A stretch of DNA of 38,309 nt from an uncultured Janthinobacterium sp. (GCA_964658025.1 CAZZXB010000010.1:1-38309), one strand, 5' to 3'; shown: positions 27,039-38,046, numbered from the stretch's first letter. Numbers and translations are program-made. Notes: generated from the sequence alone by a model not told the origin.

Positions 27039-27223
27039 CGGATCTCGACTGCGCTCGCACGCGTACTTGCCTAGGTGTAGGACCAATGTAAACACCAAGG
27101 GAGCTCAAGCTCCGGATACGACGAGGGACCGAATCCGTTCGGACCCGAGGCGCCCGGGCCGCACCCACCTGTCGATGACAGGTCTCTAACCGGGCATGCA
27201 GACGGCATCTCGGTCGGGGTCCG
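27039..27223 (+). ncRNA. ssrS: 6S RNA
   Basis: 185-nt element closed by stem CGGATCTCGACTG (27039-27051) / CGGTCGGGGTCCG (27211-27223); contains GGGAG, GCACCCACCTG...CAGGT and GACGGCA motifs I recognise from Firmicutes-type 6S RNAs; A-rich putative central bubble; followed by a hairpin. Confidence 0.85.
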
Positions 27224-27225
27224 AA

Positions 27226-27252
27226 GATGCCCCGGAGTCGCTCCGGGGCATC
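27226..27252. terminator. Hairpin between convergent 6S RNA and TIM-barrel gene, probable terminator
   Basis: Perfect 12-bp inverted repeat GATGCCCCGGAG-tcg-CTCCGGGGCATC; no long U tract. Confidence 0.65.
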
Positions 27253-27997
27253 ACGACGTTCCGATGCCGGCGAGCGCGCTCGCGCGAAGCGCCGCGAAAC
27301 GCGCGACGGCGTCGTGATATCCGCGCCGATCCGAGCCCGCATCGGTCGCCTCGAGCGCGACGAATCCGCGAAAGCGCGCCACGCGTTCGACGAGTCGGCG
27401 CGCACCGAAATCCGTTGCGTTCGCGAACGTACGCAATCCGTCGATCGCGTGGAACGCGATCGTGCTCTTCGCGAGCAACGCGTGCGCGTCGTCGGCATCG
27501 TCGAGCGACGTCGCGTCGAGCGCGTGGCGGAGCCACGAACTGTCGACGTCCTTGGCGATCCGTCGCGCGTCCGCGGCGTTCTCGCAGATCGTTCCGGCCG
27601 CGTTGCGCAGCGCGAGCGTGACGTTCGCGCGTTTCGCGGCGCGCGCCGCGGAACCGACCGTCGCCGCGAACGCGTTCCAGGCCGAGGGGTCGTCGCGCCG
27701 CGGCGGCGCGCGGCCGACGACGAGCGGCGCGCCGAGGGCGCGGGCGATCTCGATCGCGTCGCCGCCGGTCGCGAAGACGTCGTCGTCGTCGAGCGCCGCG
27801 ATCGTGAGCCCGAGATCGACCGCCGTCTTCTTGATCTGTGCGAGATATTCGTCGTCCGAGCGTGGAAAATCGGCCCGGCCGAGCACGACGCCGTCGACCT
27901 CGAGTTCGTTCGCGCAGGCGTCGAGCCACTCGAGCTGGGTGAGCTCGCCGCGTGCGAAGGCGCTCGCGAAGCTCGTGCTCGTGCAGGCGATCTTCAT
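27251..27997 (-). CDS. Xylose isomerase-like TIM barrel protein (sugar phosphate isomerase/epimerase family), apparently degenerate
   Basis: [10 protein letters not shown]...[14 protein letters not shown] start, [33 protein letters not shown]; typical metal-binding EN replaced by RN. Confidence 0.75.
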   Translation of the reverse strand: MKIACTSTSFASAFARGELTQLEWLDACANELEVDGVVLGRADFPRSDDEYLAQIKKTAVDLGLTIAALDDDDVFATGGDAIEIARALGAPLVVGRAPPRRDDPSAWNAFAATVGSAARAAKRANVTLALRNAAGTICENAADARRIAKDVDSSWLRHALDATSLDDADDAHALLAKSTIAFHAIDGLRTFANATDFGARRLVERVARFRGFVALEATDAGSDRRGYHDAVARFAALRASALAGIGTS

Positions 27998-28072
27998 GCG
28001 CGTCCCTTCCACGACGCACGATTCCGTTCCGCGGCCCCGGAAAAGTCGCCGCGGCCGCCGAACGCCTACCCC

Positions 28073-29320
28073 ATGGACGTGTTGGAGAAGTCGACCATCG
28101 CCTCGCTCGATCCGGACGTGTACGCCGCGATCGTGGACGAAGAACGTCGGCAGCGCGAGAACCTCGAACTCATCGCCTCCGAGAACTATACGAGTCGCGC
28201 CGTGCGCGAAGCGTCGGGTTCGGTGCTCACGAATAAGTACGCCGAAGGGTATCCCGGCAAGCGCTACTACGGCGGATGCGAGTACGTCGACGTCGCCGAG
28301 CAGATCGCGATCGATCGCGCGAAGACGCTCTTCGGAGCGGAGCACGCGAACGTGCAAGCGCATGCGGGCGCGCAAGCGAACATGGCGGTGTTCATGGCGT
28401 CGCTCGCGCCGGGCGACACGATCCTCGGCATGTCGCTCGCGCACGGCGGCCACCTCACGCACGGCACGAAGGTGAGCTTCAGCGGGAAGCTCTACAACGC
28501 GCTCGCGTACGGCGTGCGAAAAGATACGGAACTCATCGATTACGACGCGGTCCGCGAGCTCGCGCGCGAACACAAACCGAAGATGATCATCGCCGGCGCG
28601 AGCGCGTATCCGCGGACGATGGATTACGCGCCGTTCGTCGAGATCGCGAAGGAGATCGGCGCGCTCTTCTTCGTCGACATGGCGCACATCGCGGGTCTCG
28701 TCGCCGCCGGCTTGCATCCGTCGCCCGTTCCGTTCGCGGATTTCGTGACGAGCACGACGCACAAGACGTTGCGCGGACCGCGCGGCGGCCTCATCCTCAC
28801 GAAGGCCGCGCACGCGGCGGCGGTCGATAAGAGCGTCTTCCCGGGGATCCAAGGCGGTCCGATGATGCATACGATCGCGGCGAAGGCCGTCGCGTTCGGC
28901 GAGGCGCTCCGTCCCGATTTCAAGGCCTACCAAGAACGCGTGCTCGCGAACGCGCGCGCCGTCGGCGAGGAACTCCAGCGCGCGGGCGCGCGACTCGTCG
29001 CGGGCGGCACCGACACGCACTTACTGCTCGTCGATCTGGCGCCGAAAAATCTGACCGGAAAGGCCGTCGAGGGATATCTCGACGAGATCAAGGTGACGGT
29101 CAACAAAAACGCGATCCCGTTCGATCAGCAAAAACCCGCCGTCACGAGCGGTATCCGAATCGGGACGCCGGCGATCACGTCGCGCGGTATGGGCGTCGCG
29201 GAAGCGCGCGAGATCGGAAAGATCATCGGCGAAGCGCTCGACGACATCGGCACGCGCGCCCGCATCGATCGCCTGCGCGATCGGGTCGACGAACTCACCT
29301 CGCGCTTCGACGTTCCGTAA
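28073..29320 (+). CDS. glyA: Serine hydroxymethyltransferase
   Basis: [72 protein letters not shown]. Confidence 0.99.
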   Translation: MDVLEKSTIASLDPDVYAAIVDEERRQRENLELIASENYTSRAVREASGSVLTNKYAEGYPGKRYYGGCEYVDVAEQIAIDRAKTLFGAEHANVQAHAGAQANMAVFMASLAPGDTILGMSLAHGGHLTHGTKVSFSGKLYNALAYGVRKDTELIDYDAVRELAREHKPKMIIAGASAYPRTMDYAPFVEIAKEIGALFFVDMAHIAGLVAAGLHPSPVPFADFVTSTTHKTLRGPRGGLILTKAAHAAAVDKSVFPGIQGGPMMHTIAAKAVAFGEALRPDFKAYQERVLANARAVGEELQRAGARLVAGGTDTHLLLVDLAPKNLTGKAVEGYLDEIKVTVNKNAIPFDQQKPAVTSGIRIGTPAITSRGMGVAEAREIGKIIGEALDDIGTRARIDRLRDRVDELTSRFDVP

Positions 29321-29362
29321 CCGCGCGCGCGACCGAGACGGACTCGGTCACGCGCGCGCGGT
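29320..29362. terminator. GC-rich hairpin between convergent glyA and secreted-protein gene
   Basis: ACCGCGCGCGCG-ACCGAG ... CTCGGT-(ca)-CGCGCGCGCGGT imperfect inverted repeat directly after glyA stop. Confidence 0.55.
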
Positions 29363-29385
29363 CGCGATCCCCGTCGACGGTCGGG

Positions 29386-29844
29386 TCAGTTTCCGACGCA
29401 CCCGTCTTTATCGAATTCGAGACCGTGTTCGGGGTCGACGGCTTGGTTGTCGACGAGCGTGAGCTGACAGCCGTGCAACGCGAAGGTGAGATCGCGGAAG
29501 ACGGGGCGCTGACCCGGCGGCAACTCGTTCGTCGGACCGCTCGCTTCGGCGATCCGGACGATCGCGCGCGAACCCGTGCGATGCCACGTTCCGGTCTCGA
29601 CGACGGGCGGGACGTCGCCCATCGCGACCGGGCGTCCGGTTTTCGCGGAGAACCGCGTTTTGAGCCAGACGGTGCCGTCGGCTTTGAGTTTGAGCGTCAT
29701 GCGGCGCACGCCCGAACCGCCGGCGGACGTCATGACGTACGACCCCGCGAAGGCGGGCGGTTGGGCGGAAGCGTCGGCGCGTGCGATCGAGACGACCGGC
29801 GCGGCGAGGACGAGGGCCGACAGAGCGAGCGAGCGGACGAACAT
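29386..29844 (-). CDS. Secreted hypothetical protein, NlpE N-terminal-like beta domain
   Basis: Strong SD GGGAGGT; signal peptide MFVRSLALSALVLAAPVVSIARA; GSY...TLKLKADGT...ETGTW pattern; two C-terminal Cys. Confidence 0.7.
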   Translation of the reverse strand: MFVRSLALSALVLAAPVVSIARADASAQPPAFAGSYVMTSAGGSGVRRMTLKLKADGTVWLKTRFSAKTGRPVAMGDVPPVVETGTWHRTGSRAIVRIAEASGPTNELPPGQRPVFRDLTFALHGCQLTLVDNQAVDPEHGLEFDKDGCVGN

Positions 29845-29963
29845 GAATACCTCCCGAGAGTCGCGACGTTCGTCGTACCCATCCTTCCGGCCCGCGCCCT
29901 TCGACGCGTGGCCTACGCAAACGGCGGAAGGCCCCGTCCGGTCGGACGTGAACGCGACCGGCG

Positions 29964-30647
29964 ATGCAACGGGTGACGATCGTAGAACATCCGGCGATCG
30001 CGGATCGGCTGGCACGCTTGCGCGACCAGGCGACCCCGATGGCCACCTTCCGTCGGACGTTCGAAGAACTCGGGACGTTCCTCGCCTACGAGGCGACGCG
30101 CTCGTTACCGACCCGCCCCGATCTCGTCGCGACGCCGCACGGAAACGCGTGGGCGCACCTGCTCGGGGAGCCGCCGCTCATCGCGCCGATCCTCCGCGCG
30201 GGCCTCGCGTTCGTCCCCGGCTTCCTCACGGTCGTCGAGAACGCGCTCGTCGCGCATCTGGGATTCTTTCGCGATCCCGATTCGCTCGCCGCGATTCCGT
30301 ACTATGCGAACCTCCCGGCGGCCCTCGAGGGCATCCCCGTGTACGCGCTCGATCCGATGCTCGCGACGGGACACTCGGTCGTCGCCGCGCTCGACGTGCT
30401 CGCGGCGCGCGGCGCGCGCGACGTCGTCGTCGTCTGCGGGATCGCCGCGCCCGAAGGGATCGCCCACGTCTCCGACGTCCACCCGACCGCGCGGATCGTG
30501 ACGGCGGCGCTCGACTCGGGACTGAACTCGCACGGATACATCGTGCCGGGACTCGGCGACGCCGGGGACCGCATGTTCGGAAGCATGTCGTCGATCCCCG
30601 TAGCGTTTCGCGGCGTCTCGCTCGGAGGTAACGAAGGCCCGCGATAG
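29964..30647 (+). CDS. upp: Uracil phosphoribosyltransferase
   Basis: VEHP, PILRAGL, LDPMLATG, YIVPGLGDAGDRMFG. Confidence 0.97.
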   Translation: MQRVTIVEHPAIADRLARLRDQATPMATFRRTFEELGTFLAYEATRSLPTRPDLVATPHGNAWAHLLGEPPLIAPILRAGLAFVPGFLTVVENALVAHLGFFRDPDSLAAIPYYANLPAALEGIPVYALDPMLATGHSVVAALDVLAARGARDVVVVCGIAAPEGIAHVSDVHPTARIVTAALDSGLNSHGYIVPGLGDAGDRMFGSMSSIPVAFRGVSLGGNEGPR

Positions 30648-30750
30648 TGGGAAGCGGGCGACGCGCTCCCGTACGAATCGTGACGGGCCTCGCGTCGCGA
30701 GACGCCTCGGGCGGCTGGGGCGAGCCCATCGAGTTGAGAGAGTTTCTGTG

Positions 30751-31221
30751 GTGAATCGAGCGACGGGTGCGGCGCGACCCGGCTGGGACGAATACTTCAT
30801 GGACGTCGCGCGGACGGTCGCGACGCGGGCGACGTGTCCGCGCGCGAGCGTCGGCGCCGTGCTCGTGCGCGAGCACCGCATCCTGACGACCGGCTACAAC
30901 GGCGCGCCGCGCGGCGTCGGGCACTGCACCGACGTGGGCTGCACGATCGAGAACGATCACTGCGTGCGTTCGACGCACGCGGAGGCGAACGCCGTCGTGC
31001 AGGGCGCGCTCCACGGCGTCCGTCTCGAGGGCGCGACCGCGTACTGCACGCACCAACCGTGCGTCAACTGCGCGAAATTGCTGATCAGCGCGGGCGTGAC
31101 GCGCGTCGTCTACGACGCGGCCTATCTCGACGCGTTCTCGCGCCAGTTGCTCGCGGAAGCGGGCGTCGCGCTCGTGCCGTTCGCCTCGCTCGAACACGGA
31201 CGAGCGGCGGGTCGCGGATGA
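30751..31221 (+). CDS. dCMP deaminase family protein (ComEB-like)
   Basis: RPGWDEYFM, RATCPRASVGAV, TGYNG, HAEANA, PCVNC zinc motifs. Start GTG 30748 or 30751. Confidence 0.93.
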   Translation: MNRATGAARPGWDEYFMDVARTVATRATCPRASVGAVLVREHRILTTGYNGAPRGVGHCTDVGCTIENDHCVRSTHAEANAVVQGALHGVRLEGATAYCTHQPCVNCAKLLISAGVTRVVYDAAYLDAFSRQLLAEAGVALVPFASLEHGRAAGRG

Positions 31222-32222
31222 GCCTGCAGGCGCTCTACTGGCTGACGGTGGCGACCGCGTTCGTCACCGCGTTGCTCGCGACGCCGCGCGTGCGCGCGCT
31301 CGCGCTCAAGATCGGCGTGCTCGACGTCGTCGACGAACGCCGGATGCACGCCGAACCCAAACCGCGCATCGGCGGTATCGCGGTCTACCTCGGTCTCGCC
31401 TCGGCGCTCTTCGTCGCGATCGGATTCGCGCTCCACACGACGCTCTTCCACAGCGCGAACGACACGCAAGATTTTTTCGGTCTCCTCTTCGGCGGCACGC
31501 TGATCATGCTCGTCGGCGTGTGGGACGACATCATGGGCATGAGCCCGCGCGCGAAATTCGGCGCGCAGATCGTCGTCGCGATCGTCTCGATGATCTACGG
31601 TTTCCACATCGGCGATTTCAAGATCCCCAACACGACGGAATACGTGAACCTGCCGCCCTGGATCGACTACCCGCTCACGCTCGTGTGGTATCTCGGGATG
31701 ATGAACGCGATCAACTTCCTCGACGGTCTCGACGGATTGCTCTCGGGCGTCACGGCGATCTCGGGCGTGTTCTTGTTCGCGATCGCGTCCAATCACGGTC
31801 ACGTCGGTCCCGCGCTCGTGCTCTGCGCGCTCGTCGGCGGCGCGCTCGGATTCTTGCCCTATAACTTCAATCCGGCGAAGATCATCCTCGGCGACACGGG
31901 CTCGCTCTTCATCGGCTACGTGTTCGCGACCGTCTCGTTATTGATCACGGCGAAGGTCGCGATCACCGTCAGCCTGCTCGTCCCGCTCGTCGCGCTCGCG
32001 CTCCCGGTGTTCGACACGGCCGCCGCGATCGTGCGGCGCCTGCGCGCCGGACGCGCGATCACCGAAGCCGATCGCGGACACTTCCATCACGTGCTCGTCT
32101 TCCGGTTCGGGCTCAACGTGAAGCAGGCCGTGCTCCTGATCTACGTCGTGTCGTTCTTACTCGGGTGCGTCGCCTACGTGCTCTCGGGCGGCGTCTCGCA
32201 CGCGCATCGCGGACTCATCTAA
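31218..32222 (+). CDS. Undecaprenyl-phosphate GlcNAc-1-phosphate transferase (WecA/TagO, MraY family)
   Basis: ATGA overlap; PRIGGIAVY, GVWDD, NAINFLDGLDGL, YNFNPAKIILGDTGSL, DRGHFHH; many TM helices. Confidence 0.94.
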   Translation: MSLQALYWLTVATAFVTALLATPRVRALALKIGVLDVVDERRMHAEPKPRIGGIAVYLGLASALFVAIGFALHTTLFHSANDTQDFFGLLFGGTLIMLVGVWDDIMGMSPRAKFGAQIVVAIVSMIYGFHIGDFKIPNTTEYVNLPPWIDYPLTLVWYLGMMNAINFLDGLDGLLSGVTAISGVFLFAIASNHGHVGPALVLCALVGGALGFLPYNFNPAKIILGDTGSLFIGYVFATVSLLITAKVAITVSLLVPLVALALPVFDTAAAIVRRLRAGRAITEADRGHFHHVLVFRFGLNVKQAVLLIYVVSFLLGCVAYVLSGGVSHAHRGLI

Positions 32223-32225
32223 CCC

Positions 32226-33380
32226 GTGAGCGCAGCGCTCCGCGTGATGACCGTATTCGGCACGCGTCCCGATACGATCAAGATGGCGCCGGTCGTGCGG
32301 GCACTCCGCGCGGCGGGCTCGGGCGTCGAACCGATCGTCTGCGTCACCGCGCAGCATCGCGAGATGCTCGACGATCTGCTCGCGCTCTTCGCGATCGAAC
32401 CCGATTACGATCTCGACGTGATGCGTCACGACCAAACGATCACGCAGATCACGACGCGCGTGCTCGAGGGGATGGAGGGCGTGCTCGCGGCGGCGCGACC
32501 CGACGTCGTGCTCGTCCACGGCGATACGGCGACGAGCACGGCCGCCGCGCTCGCGGCGTTCTACGCGAAGATCCGCGTCGGACACGTGGAGGCGGGTCTG
32601 CGGACGCGCACGATTTGGGAGCCGTTTCCGGAGGAGATGAACCGCCGCCTCACCGGGCGCCTCGCGTCGTACCATTTCGCGCCGACGTCGCGCGCGCGTC
32701 GGAATCTCGAAGCCGAGAACGTGGCGCCCGCCGACATCTTCGTCACCGGAAATACCGTCATCGACGCGTTTCTCGCGGTCGCGAAGCTCGCCGTCGATCG
32801 GCCGACGCCGTGGGACGCGCTCGATCCCGCGCGACCGCTCGTCTTCGTCACCGCGCATCGGCGCGAGAATCACGCCCGGATGCCCGAGATCTGCGACGCC
32901 CTCGCCCGGATCGCGGCGCTCCCGAGGCGGCCGCAGATCCTCTGGCCCGTCCATCCCTCACCGCACGTCGGGCCCGTCGTCCGCGAGCGGCTCGCGGGCG
33001 TGTCCGGGATCACGCTCGTCGACCCGCTCCCGTACGATCTGACCGTGCACGCGATCGAGCGCTCCCACCTCGTCCTCACCGATAGTGGGGGCCTCCAAGA
33101 GGAGGCGCCGTGCCTCGGCAAACCCGTTCTCGTGATGCGCGACGAGACCGAACGTCCCGAGGGCGTGGACGCGGGGACGCTCGAGCTCGTCGGGGCGGAC
33201 GCGGATCGGATCGTGGCGGCCGCCGACCGCCTCCTTTCGGACGAGGTCGCGTACGCGCGGATGGCGCGAGCCGATAATCCCTACGGCGACGGGCGCGCGG
33301 CGGAGCGCATCGTCGCGTGGCTCGTCGCGCGACACGGCGACGGCGCGCGGCCGAGCGAGTTCGTCGCGCGCGCGTCGTAG
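32226..33380 (+). CDS. wecB: UDP-N-acetylglucosamine 2-epimerase (non-hydrolysing)
   Basis: VFGTRP, TAQHREML, VHGDT, HVEAGLR, PFPEEMNR, TGNTVIDA, TAHRREN, TDSGGLQEEAP, NPYGDG. Confidence 0.97.
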   Translation: MSAALRVMTVFGTRPDTIKMAPVVRALRAAGSGVEPIVCVTAQHREMLDDLLALFAIEPDYDLDVMRHDQTITQITTRVLEGMEGVLAAARPDVVLVHGDTATSTAAALAAFYAKIRVGHVEAGLRTRTIWEPFPEEMNRRLTGRLASYHFAPTSRARRNLEAENVAPADIFVTGNTVIDAFLAVAKLAVDRPTPWDALDPARPLVFVTAHRRENHARMPEICDALARIAALPRRPQILWPVHPSPHVGPVVRERLAGVSGITLVDPLPYDLTVHAIERSHLVLTDSGGLQEEAPCLGKPVLVMRDETERPEGVDAGTLELVGADADRIVAAADRLLSDEVAYARMARADNPYGDGRAAERIVAWLVARHGDGARPSEFVARAS

Positions 33381-33476
33381 CCCGAGGAGACGCGCGCGAG
33401 ATAACCGATCGGTGGATGCGGCGTGCGTCGCGCGTTACAGGACATGCATCCCAGGCGACATAAAACGGGAAGCGCC

Positions 33477-33851
33477 GTGACAGAGGCATTTTTGCGTTCG
33501 TACGTCCATCGCAAGCGGCCCATGGCGGCGTGGTCCGTCGCGTTCGCATTGGTCGCCGGGGCGCTCCTCGCCGTGAAGTCTCCCTATGCGGCGGTCGCGC
33601 TCGTCTTCGGGACCGGATGCGGGGTCGCGAACGCGCTCCTGACGATGCGGAGTAACGAGCGGTTACTCGACCACCGTAGCGTCTCGCTCTTCATCGTAAG
33701 TAGTATCTCCCGCATCGCCGTCTTTGGTATCCTACCGGTGGAATTTGCGCTCCACGGACCCTGGTGGTCGATGGCCGCCTACTTCCTCGGGTTTTTTACG
33801 CCGCTCGCGCTCTACACGGTGATCGTGGCGCGCGACTTCCGAACGGGTTGA
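33477..33851 (+). CDS. atpI: ATP synthase protein I-like membrane protein
   Basis: Four hydrophobic segments, about 124 aa, immediately upstream of atpB; start (GTG 33477) uncertain. Confidence 0.7.
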   Translation: MTEAFLRSYVHRKRPMAAWSVAFALVAGALLAVKSPYAAVALVFGTGCGVANALLTMRSNERLLDHRSVSLFIVSSISRIAVFGILPVEFALHGPWWSMAAYFLGFFTPLALYTVIVARDFRTG

Positions 33852-33852
33852 C

Positions 33853-34581
33853 GTGAAAGAAGGAATCGGAACTCACTCGCTCTGGAACTGGCCGATCGTC
33901 GGCGAGGTGCATGGCGATACCCTTTTGACGACGTGGCTCGCCATGATCGTCGCGCTCGCGTTCTTCGCCTGGATCGGCGCGAGTTATCGTTCGCCCCGTG
34001 CCGGCCGCACGCAAACGGTGTTCGAGGGCGTCATCACCTACGTGAGCGACATGGTCTACGGATCGCTCGGACCCAACGGCGAGCCCTACGTCCCGTTTTT
34101 CATCGCGCTCTTCGTGTTCATCTTCCTTCTGAATCAGTTCGGCATTCTGCCGTTCAAGGCGTTCGGTCTTCCGTTCGGCGGCTCGCCGACGGGCGACCTC
34201 AACACCGCGGTTCCGTACGCGCTCATCATCTTCTTCATGACGTGGATCGCGGCGCTTCGAAAGAAAGGCGTCGGCGCGTTCGGCCATCTCTTCAAACCGA
34301 TCTTCCTCGCTCCGATCAACATCCTCGAGGAAGTCGTGCGACCCGTGACGCTCGCGCTCCGGCTCTTCTTCAACATCTTCGTCGGCGAGTTGCTCTTCAT
34401 CATCATCGCGTCGATCACGGAAGCGCGCGTGAAGATCGGGGCGTTCGATCTCTCGCTCGCCGCGGCGATCCTGCCGTTCTTCATTCAGTTCTTCAACTTT
34501 TTCGTGGGCACGATCCAAGCGTTCGTGTTCACGTTGCTCGGCATCGTCTATCTGTCGCTCGCCGTCGCCGACGAACACTAG
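33853..34581 (+). CDS. atpB: F0 ATP synthase subunit a
   Basis: PTGDLN, PINILEE, RPVTLALRLFFNI (conserved Arg), IQAFVFTLL. Confidence 0.97.
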   Translation: MKEGIGTHSLWNWPIVGEVHGDTLLTTWLAMIVALAFFAWIGASYRSPRAGRTQTVFEGVITYVSDMVYGSLGPNGEPYVPFFIALFVFIFLLNQFGILPFKAFGLPFGGSPTGDLNTAVPYALIIFFMTWIAALRKKGVGAFGHLFKPIFLAPINILEEVVRPVTLALRLFFNIFVGELLFIIIASITEARVKIGAFDLSLAAAILPFFIQFFNFFVGTIQAFVFTLLGIVYLSLAVADEH

Positions 34582-34740
34582 CGGGCCGTTGAAACCCCGA
34601 AGCCGTCCCGAACCCGCCCGTTCCGCCGAAAGCGCCGTCGCTCTTCGGTCACGAAGCTACGGCTTCGCGCTCTCGTCGCTCCCCGTTCCGACAAAACATT
34701 CGGGCCCGATCCCGACATCGCGGATCTCCCAACGGCCTGC
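34581..34740. other. Structured intergenic element between atpB and atpE
   Basis: Outer stem GCGGGCCGTTG (34581-34591) / CAACGGCCTGC (34730-34740); inner hairpins CCGAAAGCG..CGCTCTTCGG and CGAAGC-tacg-GCTTCG. Confidence 0.5.
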
Positions 34741-34764
34741 AAACACTTCCAGAAAGGTACCATC

Positions 34765-35043
34765 GTGAGCTCAGAGGCCTTAGTCGCAGCCGCGTCCATC
34801 CTGGCGTTCGGTCTGATCATCCTCGGCGTCGCGCTCGGCTCGGCCGTCGGCGACGGCATCGTCGCATCGAAAGCCGTCGAGGCGATCGCGCGTCAGCCGG
34901 AAGCCCGCCCGAACATCTTCACGTTTCTGTTCCTCGGCGTCGGCGTCTTGGAAGCGTTCCCGATCATCGCGATCGGTCTCGCGTTCTACGTGCTGCTCGT
35001 CGTCGCGAACGTTCCGGCGCTCCTCTCGCACCTCTCGAAGTAA
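34765..35043 (+). CDS. atpE: F0 ATP synthase subunit c
   Basis: SD GAAAGG; GxxxGxG helix, ARQPE loop, essential Glu in VLEAFP. Confidence 0.97.
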   Translation: MSSEALVAAASILAFGLIILGVALGSAVGDGIVASKAVEAIARQPEARPNIFTFLFLGVGVLEAFPIIAIGLAFYVLLVVANVPALLSHLSK

Positions 35044-35049
35044 GCGCAC

Positions 35050-35478
35050 GTGTTTCTCTCGCTCGACGGGACGTTTTGGATCCAACTCGTCAACTTCGCG
35101 ATCTTTTTCGCGATCTTGAACGTGGTCTTCTTGCGTCCCGTCGGTGAGGCGCTCCGCAAGCGTCGGGCCTACATCGACGGCGTGCAGAGCGACTACGAAC
35201 GCTATCGCCACCAGATGGAATCGTTGCGCGCGGACGCCGAGCAGAAGCGCGGCGCGGCGCGGCGAGCCGCCGAAGAATCGGTCGCGAAGGCGCGTACCGA
35301 GGCCGAGGCCGAGGCGGATCGGACGGTCGCCGCGGCGACCGAGCGCGCGCAGGTCATCGCCGACGGCGCGCGTCGGACGGTCGAGGAGGAGATGGCGGCC
35401 GCGCGTTCGCGCGAAGACGAACTCTCGCAGACGCTCGCGAAATCGCTGCTCGCGCGCGCGACGGGCGGCTCGCGATGA
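35050..35478 (+). CDS. atpF2: F0 ATP synthase subunit b'
   Basis: LDGTFWIQLVNF...VFLRPVGEALRKRRAYI single TM then coiled coil; first of two b-type genes. Confidence 0.88.
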   Translation: MFLSLDGTFWIQLVNFAIFFAILNVVFLRPVGEALRKRRAYIDGVQSDYERYRHQMESLRADAEQKRGAARRAAEESVAKARTEAEAEADRTVAAATERAQVIADGARRTVEEEMAAARSREDELSQTLAKSLLARATGGSR

Positions 35479-35972
35479 GTGCGGAGACGTACGCGGCCAT
35501 CGCGACGTGGTCGCAGATCGTCGGCTCGCTCGCGTTCATCGTCGTCGTCGTGATCCTCTGGCAGAAATTTCTCGCGCCGGCGGTGCTCGCATCGCAGCAT
35601 CGCAAGAATCTCGAGATCCTCGAAGCCGAACAGCGCCGCGACGCCGCCAAGGTCGGGATCGAACGCGCGCAAGAGACGCTCGCGACGGCGGAAGCCGACG
35701 TGCGCGCGATCGAAGCGCGCTCGCACGCCGACGCGCGAAACCTCCGCGAGCGCATCGCGGCCGACGCCGCGGCGGAGAGCGACCGCGTCGTTCGCAACGC
35801 CGAGGGCGAACTCGACCGCAGCCGCACGGCGGCGCGCGAGGTGCTGCGCGCCGATCTGCTCGCCAAGGCCGTGGCGATCGCACGCCGCGCCGCCTCGGGC
35901 GTCGACGAAGCGACGGATCGTCGGCTCATCGGCGAAGCGGTCGACACCGCCGATCGCGCGGGGAACGCCTGA
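35475..35972 (+). CDS. atpF: F0 ATP synthase subunit b
   Basis: N-terminal TM helix, KFLAP, long Ala/Glu/Arg coiled coil; between b' and delta. Confidence 0.88.
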   Translation: MSAETYAAIATWSQIVGSLAFIVVVVILWQKFLAPAVLASQHRKNLEILEAEQRRDAAKVGIERAQETLATAEADVRAIEARSHADARNLRERIAADAAAESDRVVRNAEGELDRSRTAAREVLRADLLAKAVAIARRAASGVDEATDRRLIGEAVDTADRAGNA

Positions 35973-36514
35973 TGCGTAGCGACACGATCGCGCGTCGGTA
36001 CGCGACCGCCGTGTTCTCGCTCGCGCGGAAAGCGGGTTCGATCGATCCGGTCCGCGGCGAACTGCGCGCCGCTTCCGAGACGCTCTTCGGCTCGGACGGC
36101 CTGCGGCGATTCTTCCTCTCGCCCGTCTTCGGGCGTAAGGAGAAGGAAGCGCTCATCGCGCGAGCCTTCGTCGGAAAGCTCGGCGACGTGGCATCGCACA
36201 CGCTCCTGCTCCTCGTGCGCAAGCGTCGCGAGGCGTTGCTGCCGGGGATCGTCGCCGAACTCGACAAGCTCGCGCTCGCCGCGGCGGGCAAACAATCGCT
36301 CGAGATCGTGAGCGCGCGCGCGCTCGCACCGAACGAACTCGACGACATCGTCGCGCGGCTCGGGCGCACCTACGGGACCGCGTTCGACGTCTCGTCGCGC
36401 GTCGATCCGAACCTGCTCGGCGGCGTCCGCATCACGATGGGCGACCGCCGGATCGACGGCTCGCTCGCCGGTCGCATCGACGATCTCGCCCGCGACCTCT
36501 TCGCTCGTAACTAA
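35972..36514 (+). CDS. atpH: F1 ATP synthase subunit delta
   Basis: TGATG overlap; IARRYATAVF, FFLSP, VDPNLLGGVRITMGDRRIDGS. Confidence 0.96.
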   Translation: MRSDTIARRYATAVFSLARKAGSIDPVRGELRAASETLFGSDGLRRFFLSPVFGRKEKEALIARAFVGKLGDVASHTLLLLVRKRREALLPGIVAELDKLALAAAGKQSLEIVSARALAPNELDDIVARLGRTYGTAFDVSSRVDPNLLGGVRITMGDRRIDGSLAGRIDDLARDLFARN

Positions 36515-36532
36515 TCCGGAGAACATACAACG

Positions 36533-38032
<1,500 letters not shown>

Positions 38033-38046
38033 TGCTTGAGCTTTTT

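Noticed and set aside
27998..28072. ZMP/ZTP or glycine riboswitch upstream of glyA
   Set aside because: Only 75 nt shared with a divergent gene and I could not find the conserved aptamer motifs.
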